A DNA stretch of 64,000 bases from Eledone cirrhosa (Eukaryota). The notes under the pieces are model-generated. The model was given only the letters and a program-made list of their open reading frames with translations. It did no database searches and was not told where the DNA came from. Both the position numbers and the translations under genes were made by a program. This document shows, in pieces, positions 41,246 to 54,537 of the stretch. Each line of letters starts with the position of its first letter. Positions within the stretch are counted from its first letter, which is position 1. The stretch covers positions 127,038,001-127,102,000 of the forward strand of contig OZ024740.1 of assembly GCA_964016885.1 (NCBI GenBank), written 5' to 3'.

Positions 41246-43450
41246 ATGGGCCTTCCAAAGTTACGAGCTGTAGAACGACTTATCTCACAAATGGCAATCA
41301 CACCTGTTCAACCTTTAGAAATATCTTAAGATGACATCCCCAGTGCATGTTTGCCTAATGTCAGCCCCGGCATGTCTAGCAATCCGAGTAAAGGGTGTTG
41401 ACAGCAGATAGGCCATCTCAAATATGGAAATTGTCCCTTCCATAACGATTTGAAGAGCAGCCGTTCCAATTTGGTGAGGAATGAACGGGGGCAAGGGCAC
41501 GATGGCCATGTAGTATTAGATGACGGACACGTTGTACATTTTCGCCTCTGCGGCCCATTTCTGTGTGTGAGTGACCACTCTGATTTTTACTTCGTTCCAT
41601 TTCTCATCTAACTGGATATCTGTCCCAAACATTATTGCACGTACCTTCAAATGTCCGTCCCTACAGCATGTGACGGCACTGTTAAAATGCTTTTATTTGC
41701 CTCTCCAGGTGCCAGGTGCAAGCCTACTTATTTCTCCGGGTTCAATTTGCTCCTGTCACACATTCATATTCCTCTAAGTAGCTACCGACCAGCTTAGTTT
41801 CCTATGTGTTCCACATCATCACAGTGAAGGTATCCACATATGCTGACGCAGCCACGCCTCCACCGGTGCGATCGGGTTGCCCTGCAACTGCTCCACCGCC
41901 GACAGTAATGATTCCCGCTCCACTACATTCAGATGGGAGGAGAGAAGGCAACGATGATGGAACGAACGCGTAATCTGGAACGATTAAAATAATTGGTCGC
42001 TGACTTTGACCACTGAGCAGATGCCGCTGCCATTGCAGCGATCAAACTTCTGTAGACGGGACAGAAAACGACGGCTTTGAGGGCAGCCTCCATGTATCAA
42101 TAGTTAACCCAATAGAAAGCTTTCAATTGATCCAAATTGATCAAAGCACCAGCAAATCCGGGTTTAATCGCTAGCTTCGTTTTGATGTATTGCATGGGGT
42201 GGAGGTTGTCTCCCGTTTTCTGCCAGTTGCACTAGAAGGCTTAGACGAGTTCGGAGAACATGTCTGACATGACTTTGTAAAACTTATGGGGCAGACCATC
42301 CAAATTCGGCGATTTGCAGCTTATAGAGTCAGCCAGAGCTTCCCGATTATCGACTGCTCTTAGTGGCATTTTGCCGCACCCAGCATCATTCGCTGAGAAT
42401 TACAACAGGATGTCAAGTGAGTCACTGAAATGCATCACCGTCTCTGACCATCACGTACACGTTTCCGTCTATCAAAGACAGAATTCTACCATAGTATGCC
42501 ATGTTGCGCATCTGACGGATCAAAGATCTTCCCCTCCCCACATACTTAGAGCACGCCCCTTATCTTTGACGATCCAACCTCCGTGATTTGTATTGAGGAA
42601 ATTGTCTAGTGCCATTATCGCTGCTAGTACGTCGCTTGAATTGCCTCTACTAATCGCCTCATCAAGTTTAACTATTCTTCCTATCGCTACTTCTTCACAC
42701 AATTCTATCGAATCCACTCTCTTGGGATACTATCCCATGATGTTTATGACTCACTCAGTCAACTTTCACTTAACTAATGTTCTAATCCAGTTGCTGTAGG
42801 ATTTACGCGTCAGAAAATATGCGTCTAAGTGTTCTCTTTATGTTGACCCACAAATCACAATTTTTATTTTTGTCTGTAGAGGTGTCGGTATATAATTGGG
42901 GACACACTATGCTATCCCTATCTGATAATCTAATGACAAACATATCTATTTACTATCTAAATGCACCTAATTGATCAGTACACTGGCACATTTGGGAAAT
43001 CTAATCGGTAACCGAGGGATGACTGGAACTGCCCGATCTGGTTCTTGACGCTTTTGTACCCCTCGTATCTAACTGCTACTCCCACACAATACCAACGTGC
43101 GTCCAAGATGCGGTTCCAGTCCACTGTTAATGGTAAAGAGCAAAAAGTTCCAAGAAAGGTATTTAAGTGCCTGAAGAAATGCGGCCGTTGTTTTTGTTAT
43201 TATTGTCGCCTTTGTAGCTGTTGTCGATGGTTACCTTGTTTGTGATGTCTGCAGTGGTGGCAGTGACAATGGTAACTGATTGTTTTAGTTCCCTCTAAAC
43301 ATATCGCAGTGATTTGGTGGACTTAGTCCTGACCAGCACCAATCTGGTAATTCAGTTCAGAGAAGGTTAGACTTTTTTAGAGGCGGCTTTTATTCTTCTC
43401 ATCGTAGCTACATCTCTGTGTTGTGAGAGTTTCCTTGGGAAGTGTTACTC
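41245..43450 (-). mobile_element. Highly decayed Tx1/L1 copy related to 11614-17673
   Basis: IVKLDEAISRGNSSDVLAAIMALDNFLNTNHGG matches VRKLDEALSKGIATDILAAKLAFDQFFNAKHEG. LINLDQLKAF, AYVD and GDWN remnants are also present. Confidence 0.75.
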
Positions 43451-45018
43451 ATTGCCCGATTTTCTCCAGTAGTTTACCGATGTTGGTCCGGGATTGTTTT
43501 CTCGTCCGCCAGGAACCCGCTTATACAGCAACTAAACATCATATCTGGTTGCCATATCATTATCCAGCATCTGCGACCCGTTCCCTAACACAACATCTCT
43601 GCCGAGTATACATATTATGTCACTTTATATAATTTTACTCCTCCGTACATAAGTTGACATTATTATAATGCTTGTTTGATCGTTAAAAAGGCATATATAT
43701 AAATAGGATCAATTCCAATATCTTTTACGTAAAGATCCTACCAATAATCAATTTGACCCATCTAAGTATAAACTAAATTCTTGAATTGGTAGGATCGCTA
43801 GAACATTTTGATAGAATGATTTATGGCATTCGTTCTGGTACTCTGTGTTGTGTGTTCAAATCCTACCATGGTCCACTATTCCTTACACCATTGTGTACTT
43901 GAAGATATGTACTAACCCAATTTTGGGGTTGATTCTTCATTTATATCGATTTAAAATGTCCTCTTCATCCTACTTCTTCCTTTACAAAAATCAGCTCTGC
44001 TCATACCTGGAGTGTGAATGGCCTCACCCGCAATTGAAATGTCACCAGCTAACTCTTAATCTTCCACAAGGTGTTATAGCTCCATACATACATCTGATAC
44101 AAATTAACTAAACTCGCCAAATGTAATTATAACTTGTTTCTGAATTCCTAACACCTCTCAAACCCATACTTCACGAACGAAAACATATTGATAGGGCAAT
44201 ACGTCTTTAAAATTAGTTATTCATCTAAAATCCATTGCAATAAAAATGTTATATAGGTCTTTATAAAAATGTGTATAAAATAATTATGAATTTAATTTAA
44301 AAGTACAATAACCTCTATAATAGATATAGAATTACCAAAATTTAATTAAAATGTGGAATAATAAACTAACGGCCTTGACATTAAGAATTATTGAATACAA
44401 TGCAATTTCATGTGCTTATTCATACATGTTATGCAATTACTATACCACTGATGCCATATTTGGCATTATTCCAAGTAATTGCACATTATCACTCACTTCC
44501 GTGCTTGCTCATTTCCCGTTGTAGTGTAAATGGTCATTTTAGATACTCTTTCTTCATTTCTCGATTTTTATCATTCATAATCTTATCCACTACACAGTGT
44601 TGGTATAAGAAATATCGCAGTTGAGTAGAATGTAGCCTACACCTTGAATTATTAAGCTTGCAAAAATCACTTAAAAGTTTCGCAGTAGATCCCGTGTGAT
44701 TGATGGTGCCACATAGTTGTTTGATTTCAACTTTAATGGAAATGGTGGTTTAAGTTTACATTGGTATTTCCTAGACTTGGAACTACTCGGTTTCACTACA
44801 CAATATGAAGTTTGCAAAATATTATCGAGGTGAGAACAATGCTTTGACATTCACGAAGGTGTACGATTCTTTAAGTATTGTGTAGGTAAACTGACATGGT
44901 TTACAATAACATATATAGCTGGATCACTCTGTGATGGTTGCTTCTGACATGACCCGCTGGAAGGGGTGTTTGAGGAGTCTGTCCCCACAAAGCTCTCAGG
45001 AATAAGTGATAGAGTGAT

Positions 45019-45052
45019 AGAAGAAGAAGAAGAAGAAGAAGAAGAAGAAGAA
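45019..45052. repeat. (GAA)n microsatellite
   Basis: Direct sequence. Confidence 0.95.
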
Positions 45053-45096
45053 CCATATACGAAAACTAAGAATGAATATAAATCAGCCAAAATCTA

Positions 45097-45320
45097 GAGG
45101 CTGATCGAATACTGGCAGTATTAGTAGATCGTCGGACACCCTGCTTCGCAGCATAGAGTTACGGCCCTTTGCATTATCAGTTCAAATTCCGACGAAGTTA
45201 GCTTTTCCTTTCATGCTTACGGGGTCAATAAAATACAGTGCCAGTGGTGCACTGGAGTTGAATTGATAGACTAACCCCTCCCGTTAGAATTGCTGTCCTT
45301 GTGCCACATCTATTAATAAC
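45097..45320 (+). mobile_element. SINE family B long form, diverged
   Basis: TGGCAGTATTAGTAG...GTTCAAATTCCGACGAAGTTAGCTTTTCCTTTCAT...TTGCTGTCCTTGTGCC. Confidence 0.8.
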
Positions 45321-45797
45321 CCAATGGAAGTGTTTGAAGATTCTGCCACCTCTCAGGAAAACGTGGGTGAACAACGAAGGACAAGTAGAAGTAGAAGAAT
45401 TTCAGTTGATATCAAATGATGAGTCATTCTACAATAAATATTTTAATTTCACCAAGTTGTCACTTAAAATTATATGTATATCTGTTATGGCATAATAGTT
45501 CTTCGTTATTGCTTTGTTATGAATTTTACTCAACGGACAATGCTTCGACTTGTTTCGCAGACGCTGGGATCTCCGGTGGACCACCAGTATTGTTGATAAG
45601 GGACGAGACTGACAAATCAAAGGCTGGGGTTCTGTGACTTTCGTTTGTCGTTTTCTCTTTGGAAATGATCCTAATTTTATATATATATAATTATATATAT
45701 ATATATATATATATAAATATATTAAATTGGTGTGGGATGCTTAAAGCGTCCGTATGCGGTAGGCCGTTTCAGCACTCCATGCTTTTACAGAACAGAG

Positions 45798-45993
45798 TAT
45801 ATCACATGAGAAACGGAGAATCAGTGGTGCGACGAATACAATTTATTCGTCGAGACGTATCTCAGGACCTTGCGATTTCAGAGTCAGGTTCGATCATTGC
45901 ATCGATCGTGCCTCGAGCTGGTCGCCAGAAAAACGACTTTTTGTAATATGTCTAATAAATTTTATTCGTCACACCGCTGATTCTCCGTTTCTT

Positions 45994-46003
<10 letters not shown>
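45798..46003. mobile_element. MITE-like foldback element with ~50-bp imperfect TIRs beside (TA)n
   Basis: 45798-45847 is the reverse complement of 45954-46003. Confidence 0.6.
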
Positions 46004-46049
<46 letters not shown>

Positions 46050-46985
46050 TGTGTGTCTGTGTGTCTGGTCGTCTGTCTCTTTTTCTCTCTCTCACTCACT
46101 CACTCACTCTCCCTCTCTTTCGTTCTGTCTGTGCGTCTCTGTCTGTGTGTGGCTGTTTGTGTGTATATGTAAAGGAAAACACAAGTAATGATATACAGAA
46201 CAAGTGTGAGAGTGAATGTGATACAAGTAAACAGTATCATAACATTAACAGTACATTGAGAACAACTTATGCATTTGAATAGTTGAACTTTTGTAGAAAG
46301 AAACGATGGAAATTAAACATGTTGCCTAAAATATAATTGTATTACAAATGACGCAGCTTGAGGTTCAATAATCTATTTTCTTTGCCTTTATATCTCATTT
46401 TTGAAAGTTTTTCCATGCATATATTTGGAAATATAGCAATATCTAGAAGCGTTTCCTTTTTTAAATCATCTTTCGGCTTTTTTTCCTTTTTTCGTTCATT
46501 TCAGTTTATTGCACAAAGAATATTTCATAGAATAAACATGTCATGTTGTTGGCATTTCAGAAAAAATCAATCACTAAAATCAAAATAAATAGGTATTACT
46601 AACAACAAAATCAAATGGGTATATAATATTGGCCGTAACACTTTTTCTACTAGAAAAGTCTTATTTCTTTGTACTAGCATCTCCGAAATGATCATACTTA
46701 TTTTACGCTGTTCAACAAGACAGGAAAATCTTCCTGTTTATACCTGCAGACTGCAGCATAGATTAGATGTTTTTGTAAACAAGGCAATATAACGTTTTCT
46801 GATTTATCAATTTTAATTTCTTCAGATTATCTAATATTTTTTAATGATATTCGCTAAGATAGAATTACTTACACCTCGTAACGTTCAGATTATGTTTGCC
46901 GCTAAGATAAAATTTATATTTGCAACGGTATATCACATTAGGAAATATATTACTGTGGTTAAGAAAGTGTGGTTACTGTGGTTAA

Positions 46986-48075
46986 GAAGTTTCTAAAAAC
47001 AGTGGGAGGGTGGCATGAGTCCTTGTCTAATGTAATTCAGTTTATCATGCCACCCTCCCTCTGTTTTTAGAAACTTCGTTAAGAATATCAGTACCAGAAT
47101 CTCAAACCTCTCCTCGAATAAGGCTATCTTTGACAGGGCGCACCCTACTATAACACGATCACGTACTCTCCCACTAGCAACAACACCATTAAGAAAGGTA
47201 AGCGCAACAATAGACAAACTATCTGGTTCTCTCTTCCCTTTTCACTCAACGTTAAAACCAATGTAGGAAAAAAATGTCTAGTCCTCTTAGATAGACACTT
47301 TCCCATAGGTCATAAATACTGATCCATCTTTAACCGACACAAAGTTAAACTAGGATACACCTGCGCTAAGAACATGAAGGCCCACATCACCAGCAGCCCT
47401 AGGAGAAACACCCCACCAGGGTGCTCTTGCCGTAAGCCTGAAGCTTGCCCCCTTCTACAGCAATGCAACACACCAGCTGTAATTTATGAAGCTATGGTCA
47501 CTTCCAACCGACCAAACGAACCACATGAAGTCAAATCCTATGTGGGCATGGCGGAGGGCCGATTTAAAGAACGTTTCTTGAACAACCAGTCTACCTTCAG
47601 ACACCAGGGCAGACGTCCATCCACGAAACTCGCGAGCCACGTATGGTCCCTCAAGGACTCAAGTATAGGCTACTCCATTCAATGGAAAGCCATCACTAAA
47701 TCCAAGCCATACGCAAGGGCAAATCCGACCTGTGGCTTATGTATCGACGAACGAATAACTATCCTAAAAAGATAACGTAATAGTGATTGACTAAACACGA
47801 GAAGTGAATTGTTCACACGTCACCAAGCATCTATTGCATAACTACAAGGCTCCGGACTGATTCTTTGTAATTTTATTTTTAGGACGTTCGCAGTTATCTC
47901 CCTTACACCTCTCGCACGCAGTCCAGTATTGCTTCTGTGAAGTGACCGGGTTTCTGCGCATGCGCGTTCGTACGGTTGTCCTTCCTGTTCCAATAAACAT
48001 GCCCATTCCGAGCTGAGGATCCGCTAAGGTGAAACAATTGTTCTCGGTATGGTGAACTAACTGTTGTGTAACCAC

Positions 48076-48078
<3 letters not shown>
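46986..48078 (+). mobile_element. 5'-truncated decayed Penelope-like element (PLE-6)
   Basis: HPPSVFRN..RISNLSSN, WFSLPF..HFPIGHKY, CSCRKPEACPLLQQC, VIY..YVG and CGLC over 47030-47860. Hammerhead at 48003-48052, ending at (TA)n. Confidence 0.88.
48003..48052 (+). ncRNA. Minimal type-I hammerhead ribozyme
   Basis: CCATTCCGAG-[CTGAGGA]-T-CC-GCTAA-GG-T-[GAAA]-CAATTG-TT^CTCGGTATGG. Stem III is the palindrome ACAATTGT. Confidence 0.82.
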
Positions 48079-48162
<84 letters not shown>

Positions 48163-50871
48163 ATACATAGGCAGATATATTATGTTGGTTAATCGACGAT
48201 ACTTCAGTATGCAGTGCAGAGCACTCGACGATGTGCATATATATATATAAACATGAGAAGAAAGGAGAATACTGCGTGGTTGCACATGGGTTACATATGA
48301 TAAAAATAGTCCTTCGTCAGTAATTTTCCAACCATTATTGTTATTTCCATCGCATTAAAAATCATTTACCTCAGGTTGGTGCGAGCAATAACTAAAAAAA
48401 AGTTATTGGGACCAGTAAATCGCGTAAAGAGAGGGGGACAAGTGAACAACATAGAAGGATAAAAGCAAACCATATATATATATATGAAAAATAATATTAT
48501 CCTTGATGTTGATTATACGGATTTAATTTTGTTGTTGTAATCACATTTATTACGCTTACTAGATAGAACAATTTGGCTTAATTACAATTATTCAAACAAC
48601 TTAGATAATTTGTATTGCAAATGTTGTACTTACGTTGGTCAGGAAACGATAAAAATTAGGTTTACTTATACGGAGGGAAGTAAACTATTTAGTAATAAGT
48701 ATGACATGACAGACATATTATATCCCCATGCAAAAATGTATATTAAAATCTTCAGTTTCTGGTTATAAGATTTTGAAAGTTTGTCAATTTGATGAATGAA
48801 GTCAGCATTTATACAGAGAGTTATACTTAGAAATGTTTTTTAATGTCCTCATGTTGTTATGCATGTGAAAAACATTATAGTGTATATCCCTATGGAGCGG
48901 TTCCTTTGTGTAAAACCAAAACACCGTAACAAATGAAACCCGGAATTGTATGAGAATTTCGAAATTAAATTTCAACTTAGTAACAATAAATGCAAACATG
49001 CCAATTGTAATGACATGAATTGAGAAGTAATACAGTTGTACAAAAGAACTCTACAAATGTATTAAAAAGGAATAATCAATGAGAAAATAATTCCATGGCT
49101 ATTATAAAAAAAGTGATATAAATGTCTTGTATTATCGTTAGAATAGTAATTTATCATGTTTGATTTAGAATTTTATTTTAGCAAACCATGAACAATATTT
49201 TAAAATTGATATCATGATTAATTGTTTTTATATTGATTTGTTTTGTTTTCAACTGGAATAGTTATGTTTCAAATTGTAATAGAAAATATTCTAACAAGCT
49301 TTCGATAATTGATTTTTCTCAACAAAATCGCAAGAATATTAAAATATTTTTCCATAAATTCGAAGTGTATTAGATTTTCCTTCTAGATAGAAATTACATC
49401 CACAAAACTAAAAACAATAGGAATTTATATTTGAAAGTGAAACATATATTTCATTCATGGTTAAATATTGACATTGTAAAATGAAAGGAGTTTAAACACA
49501 CTCACACACACACTCACGCACAATATAACATTTAAGACTATAGTCGACGACGGCTGTTGGATATCCCGAAAATATCCAACCTTTTTAGACAAGAAGAGTG
49601 TGTCTATGGTAACAGAAACGGAGATATTAACAAATTACCTGAACTTTATGTTTATTTTCTTATTTTCGTACTTCAAGCACGTTTTACTTTTTATAGGTCT
49701 GATCGAATCCAAGTCCAATTTTGTGTATATGAGAATAAACAATATGAGGAAACAATAAATTAGGCTCGCAGGACAGGAGTGACTTTATGTCTTAGAAAAG
49801 GCAAACGTCATTAAGTTATAGTGTCGTGTATTGTTGTACGAAACCCAGTAATTATCGTGCCAAACATCTGAAATCTATAGATACTTCATGATTAATCAGA
49901 AATTCACCAAATCACTGACGTAAACGTATTTAGGTTTGTAATCTTACTGTCTCAAAGGTCTTACAATTACATATTCACAATTATATAAAAGTAACGCTTA
50001 GTAACAAAGAAAAATAATTTAGGGAATTAATGTTCCGAATATACCAGAATATATGCCTAATTTCAAAAGTACCACATGTAAAGTGTTCCAGGGATCCCTG
50101 ATCGTTAAGGCATGAATGGATACCTCAGCATAAAACGGGATATGTTGTATATAAGAATAAAGTATATGAACTCACAGGGCAAACGTCATTATATATTTTT
50201 AATACATAATCCAAATATACTCACACATAGGCATGCCTTCTTAAGTTCAAGTCTCGGTTGGTAATTAAAATAGTTATCAAGTATTTATTTAGATAATCAT
50301 GAAAAAGAGATGCATCAGATAGCAAAGTAATTTGATATAATGGAAAAGAAACTAAATATTCCCAAAATTAATCGAAACCAAATTTGGAGTACAAGACAAT
50401 ACAAAATGTGTTGCAGTGTGTTGAACATTAATGAATTTATTCACATTAACAAGGAATGAATTATTATATAAAGTATGCCATACAAATACAGTGCTATCAT
50501 ATTTTGTTCATAGTATGGAAAGCAATGAATTTCTATTCCCTCTTTGGTGAGGAAAGTAGGGAAAGATTCTGGCGTGAAGCAGTAAGAGATATTAAAGCTG
50601 CAGATGCCGATCATAATGTTGGTGATTTAATGAGAATATCTACGTTTTACAACGAAACTAAAACTGCATATTCACTAAAAAAATATTCCTGTTTCCCTTT
50701 TCTTATCTCCCTCTCCCTCATTTTGTCTCTCTCTCTTTCTTGATTTATATATATAATGTTACCTTTCAGGAGCAATTTATGAATTACTTTATCACTGAGT
50801 TCTTCGTGACAGTCCCGAAATTCAATGTGATGCGAATTTGTTACGTGCAGCAGCAACATCGTTTATAACTG

Positions 50872-51476
50872 TTTGTTAGTTATCTAACTATGGCAGAGCC
50901 CGTCATTAATCGCTCGTACACATGGAACTGACAGGCCTATCTGCTCATATGCAAATGTAGCTGATCAGTGGGTCTGCTAATATGCAGATTTGACTGATCA
51001 GCGAGTCTGCTAATATATAAATCAGGCCGATCAGTCACTGTATATTCCCGAAAATATCATTTTTTTTAGAAGCTCGGCTAGTTGAGAGGTAAGCACTATA
51101 CAGTACTGATGAAGGGTAATCACCCAGAAACATTAGTGTCTGCCGTTCCCTTTATATGCCAACACAAGAGCAAAAATGATGAGGTCATTCTATTTACATG
51201 GCTTAAAGAGGCTGTTTGTATAATTGCAAAGGAATCGAATATTATTATTAATATTCGAAAAGCTAGATTTACATTTTTTTTATTCTGCCATGTAGAACGA
51301 TACAACTATTTGTTAGTTATTTAGCCATGGCAAAGCCGGCCATTAATCGCTCGTATACATGAAACTGACTGGCCTATCTGCTGATATTGTAATGTGGTTG
51401 ATCAGTGGGTCTGCTAATATGCAGATCTGACTGATCAGTCAGACTGCTAATAAGCGAATCAGGCCGATCAGTCACT
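50872..51476. repeat. Two ~168-bp direct repeats (50872-51039, 51309-51476), each with three ~33-bp subrepeats
   Basis: Subunit consensus is approximately TCTGCTAATATGCAGAT.TGACTGATCAG.GGG. Confidence 0.85.
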
Positions 51477-51713
51477 TATATTCCATTTGTATATTCCCAG
51501 CAGATTAATCATACGCATCAAAGAAAATAAGTCGGTGAGAGGAGACATCTCATTTCCTCGATTCCATCTCAAATATGGAAATGTAAAATGTCAACATGTC
51601 TCCATTCCATCTATTCTTGTTTAATATTCTGAATAAATAAAAACATTTAAAAAAAATCAAACTAGCGTAAAATATATACGTTATTTATCTAGTTCCTATT
51701 ATTATAATTATTA

Positions 51714-51894
51714 GGTGGATTGGCAGTATCGGTAGAGAGTCGGACGCCATACTTTCCAGCCTGGTTACGTCCCTTTACGATATGCGTTCAAATCCCGCCG
51801 AAGTTGACTTTGCCTTTCATCCTTACGGGGTCGATAAAATAAAGTACCAGTAATGCACTGGGTAATTGCTGGCCTTGTGCCTAAAGTAGAAACA
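51714..51894 (+). mobile_element. SINE family B short form with 16-bp TSD
   Basis: TSD ATTATTATAATTATTA at 51698-51713 and 51895-51910. Confidence 0.9.
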
Positions 51895-52039
51895 ATTATT
51901 ATAATTATTATCATTAATATTATTATTGTGATCATATTCAGAAACATAGAATAAACCAGTTATGTAATTCATTTACATTTGATCGTATGATAGAACTCGT
52001 TGACAAAGCATTGAATAGAGTAGACAATTTTAATTTTAA

Positions 52040-53895
52040 TTCAGTACGGGTCGCAGGTGGCGGATAGCGATACGGCCATCATATATGATGATTATTTGTG
52101 ATATAAGCGGGCAAACATCGGAGGTTTAAGCAACAACGGACAAACAGCGGTAAACTACTAGGGGACATGAAGCAGTGGGTGACATCTGTTGTTCCAAATA
52201 AAACACTCACAACCGATTGACGTAGCTATGCCATGGCAAGTACAGACCTTCTCTAAAAGATCCTATTCTTAGTGGGTTTGACACAGTACCCGAGTGGTGA
52301 CTGGCGCGATAAGACCTCCAAAACTGCAATTGCAATATGGTGAGATGAACAAACAATTGATTTTGTTCTTGGTTCTACTCTCTTCGATTCTGTGCTCTAT
52401 GAACTTGTTCAGAGAGGGGCTGGGCTGTCAAGTTATCAAGTTATCTGCAACTTGAGCCTAACTTTATCCAAAGAAGCCCACGGAACCTAGATGCCAAGGG
52501 TGAATAAGGAAGTCGGCTACACGTATAGAGACATTATTGAGTCCAAATTCAGAGAACACCTTGAGCAACCTGAGAATGTTGAGACAGGGTGGAGATTGTT
52601 CTAGTTCGCAGTTTCTGCTTCAGCTGTTAAATTCTGCGAGTGAACGATGCTTGGAGTGGCACAGGATGGAAGGAGAAACCGATGTTTCAATCAAGATGTC
52701 AACGATGCCGTCCGAACAAAGAAGGAGGTCTACAAAGCTTGGCTTGGAAAGAAGTCCTTCTTGCACTTGCGGTAAAAGCAGGCACGAGGAATCACAGCAG
52801 AGAGAATAAAGACGTCTAAATAGAAGACATGGGAGGATTTTGGGGTTAAGATATGGGCCAACTTCAGATCAGCAAATACAGTTTTCTGGCAGACCTTTTG
52901 CCAACTTCGAAAGAAGAAATCCTGCTCCGCACCTGGTTTCAGGAACGAGTCTGGGTTTCCCTTCTCTCCATAATGGTGCATCCTCGTGAGGTGAAATAAT
53001 ATAATGTTGATAACCTAAACCAGATCACAACAGTATTTTCGGACGTACAAGAGGTGAATCTAGAAACGTTGTCTAATCTTATGGCGGCTGAGCTAACAAG
53101 AGCAGTTGAAGAGCTTAAATGTGGTAAGGCCTCTGAAGAAGATGAAATCCGACTCGAGATGTTAGAGAAGTTATTCTTTGGCTGACGCTTTGGTGCCGAT
53201 TGGACTGAATCGTTGTAAAGCACCTAAGCAATGGCAATTGGGAGTGATAATCATAATTTTTTAAAAAGACAAGAGAGAAATAACTCCTTGTTAAGCCTCC
53301 CCGGAAATGTTTATGCAAACAATCTGCGGTTTTTGTCCAGAACACAGCACAGACGATCAAATATTCACTCTGAAAGGTCTTCGAGATATCGTGGTAATAT
53401 TTCCAACAGGTATGTTTTATATATCTCAAAAAGACCGCGTTCCTCGGGACCTGCTGTGGAAGGTTATGCAGGAGTACAGGATCTATTGTCAGCTTCTTGC
53501 AGCCCTGATGTCTCTATAGGAATGTCCGAGTATTTGTGTTCAGATAAATAGTGCTAAATCAAAAGCATTCAATGTGAGATTCGGACTCCGCCAAAGGTGC
53601 GTACTGTCACCTCTCCTGTTAATTATTTCCACGAACAGGTTTGACATGTCCAGCCGGGTCGGAAGAGGTGTCTCGTTCGACGGGTGTAAAATCAGTTGGC
53701 TAGAATTTCCAGACGAATAAGTGTTAATTAAATCGACAGAAGTTGATCTTCGACTTGCACATGCTACATTCGAGGCCGAGGGCTGCATGACTGGAATCAA
53801 CATCCATGTTGCGAAAACTGTAACACTTGTCCTTTCAATGATCCAGCGCAGTTTAGTCTACATGTAAATGGAGTTCCATTTAAGCAGGTGATATC
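52040..53895 (+). mobile_element. Highly decayed RTE-clade LINE
   Basis: Remnants RSANTVFWQTF, LKCGKASEEDEIRLEML, LLSLPG and GLRQRCVLSPLL, plus FPDE at the FADD position. Confidence 0.7.
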
Positions 53896-54350
53896 AAGAA
53901 GAAGAAGAAGAAGAAGAAGGAGAAGAAGAAGAAGACACACGTGGTGGATAGAAGGTCATGAAATCGCTCCCGTAAGTTTTTGATTTTTAACATATTTAAA
54001 TCAATTGTGAAATAACAATTCTTAGTACAAATGATACATAAAGCGTCCAACTAAAGTCTCAGAAAAATTCGGATCCATAATATATTGTTATATCGCACAA
54101 ATATTCAATTTTGTATTATACATTTTATATTCAAAAAAGAAAATGGTTATAAATGGAAGAAAACCCCCTCTGTCTACACTATATAGAACAGCCAAATAAA
54201 AGGCAATTTCACCAACACCAGAAACTATATACACCACCTACCCCATCACCCCTTGTGTACACTAAATACAACAGCCAGATAACGGCAATTCACCACCACC
54301 ACCACCAATCTCAGCATAATAATAATAATTACTATTATTATTGTCTCAAG

Positions 54351-54537
54351 GGCAGAGGATTGGCAGTACCAGTAGAGGGTCGGACGCCATGCTTTGACGC
54401 ATAGAGTTACGGTCCTTGCCATTCTGAGTTCAAATCCCGCCGAGGTTAACTTTGCCTTTCATCCTTTCGGGGTCGATAAAATAAAGTACCAGTAATACAC
54501 TGGGTTAATTGCTGGCCTTGTGCCAAAAGTAGAAACA
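54351..54537 (+). mobile_element. SINE family B short form with 14-bp TSD
   Basis: TSD ATTATTGTCTCAAG at 54337-54350 and 54538-54551. Confidence 0.92.

Noticed and set aside
45745-45797. Minus-strand CTGTAAA-AGCA-TGGAG-TGCT-GAAA hammerhead-like string
   Set aside because: The core is mismatched and there is no stem I or stem III pairing.
50456-50870. Possible host exons (WKAMNFYSLFGEESRERFWREA with AG/GT-like edges; minus ORF 50647-50859)
   Set aside because: Short, no recognisable homology and no consistent multi-exon frame. Cannot be supported without RNA-seq.
50940-51476. CRISPR-like array or LTR pair
   Set aside because: Units are directly tandem without unique spacers and the context is eukaryotic. 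No PBS, PPT or TSD was found for an LTR reading.
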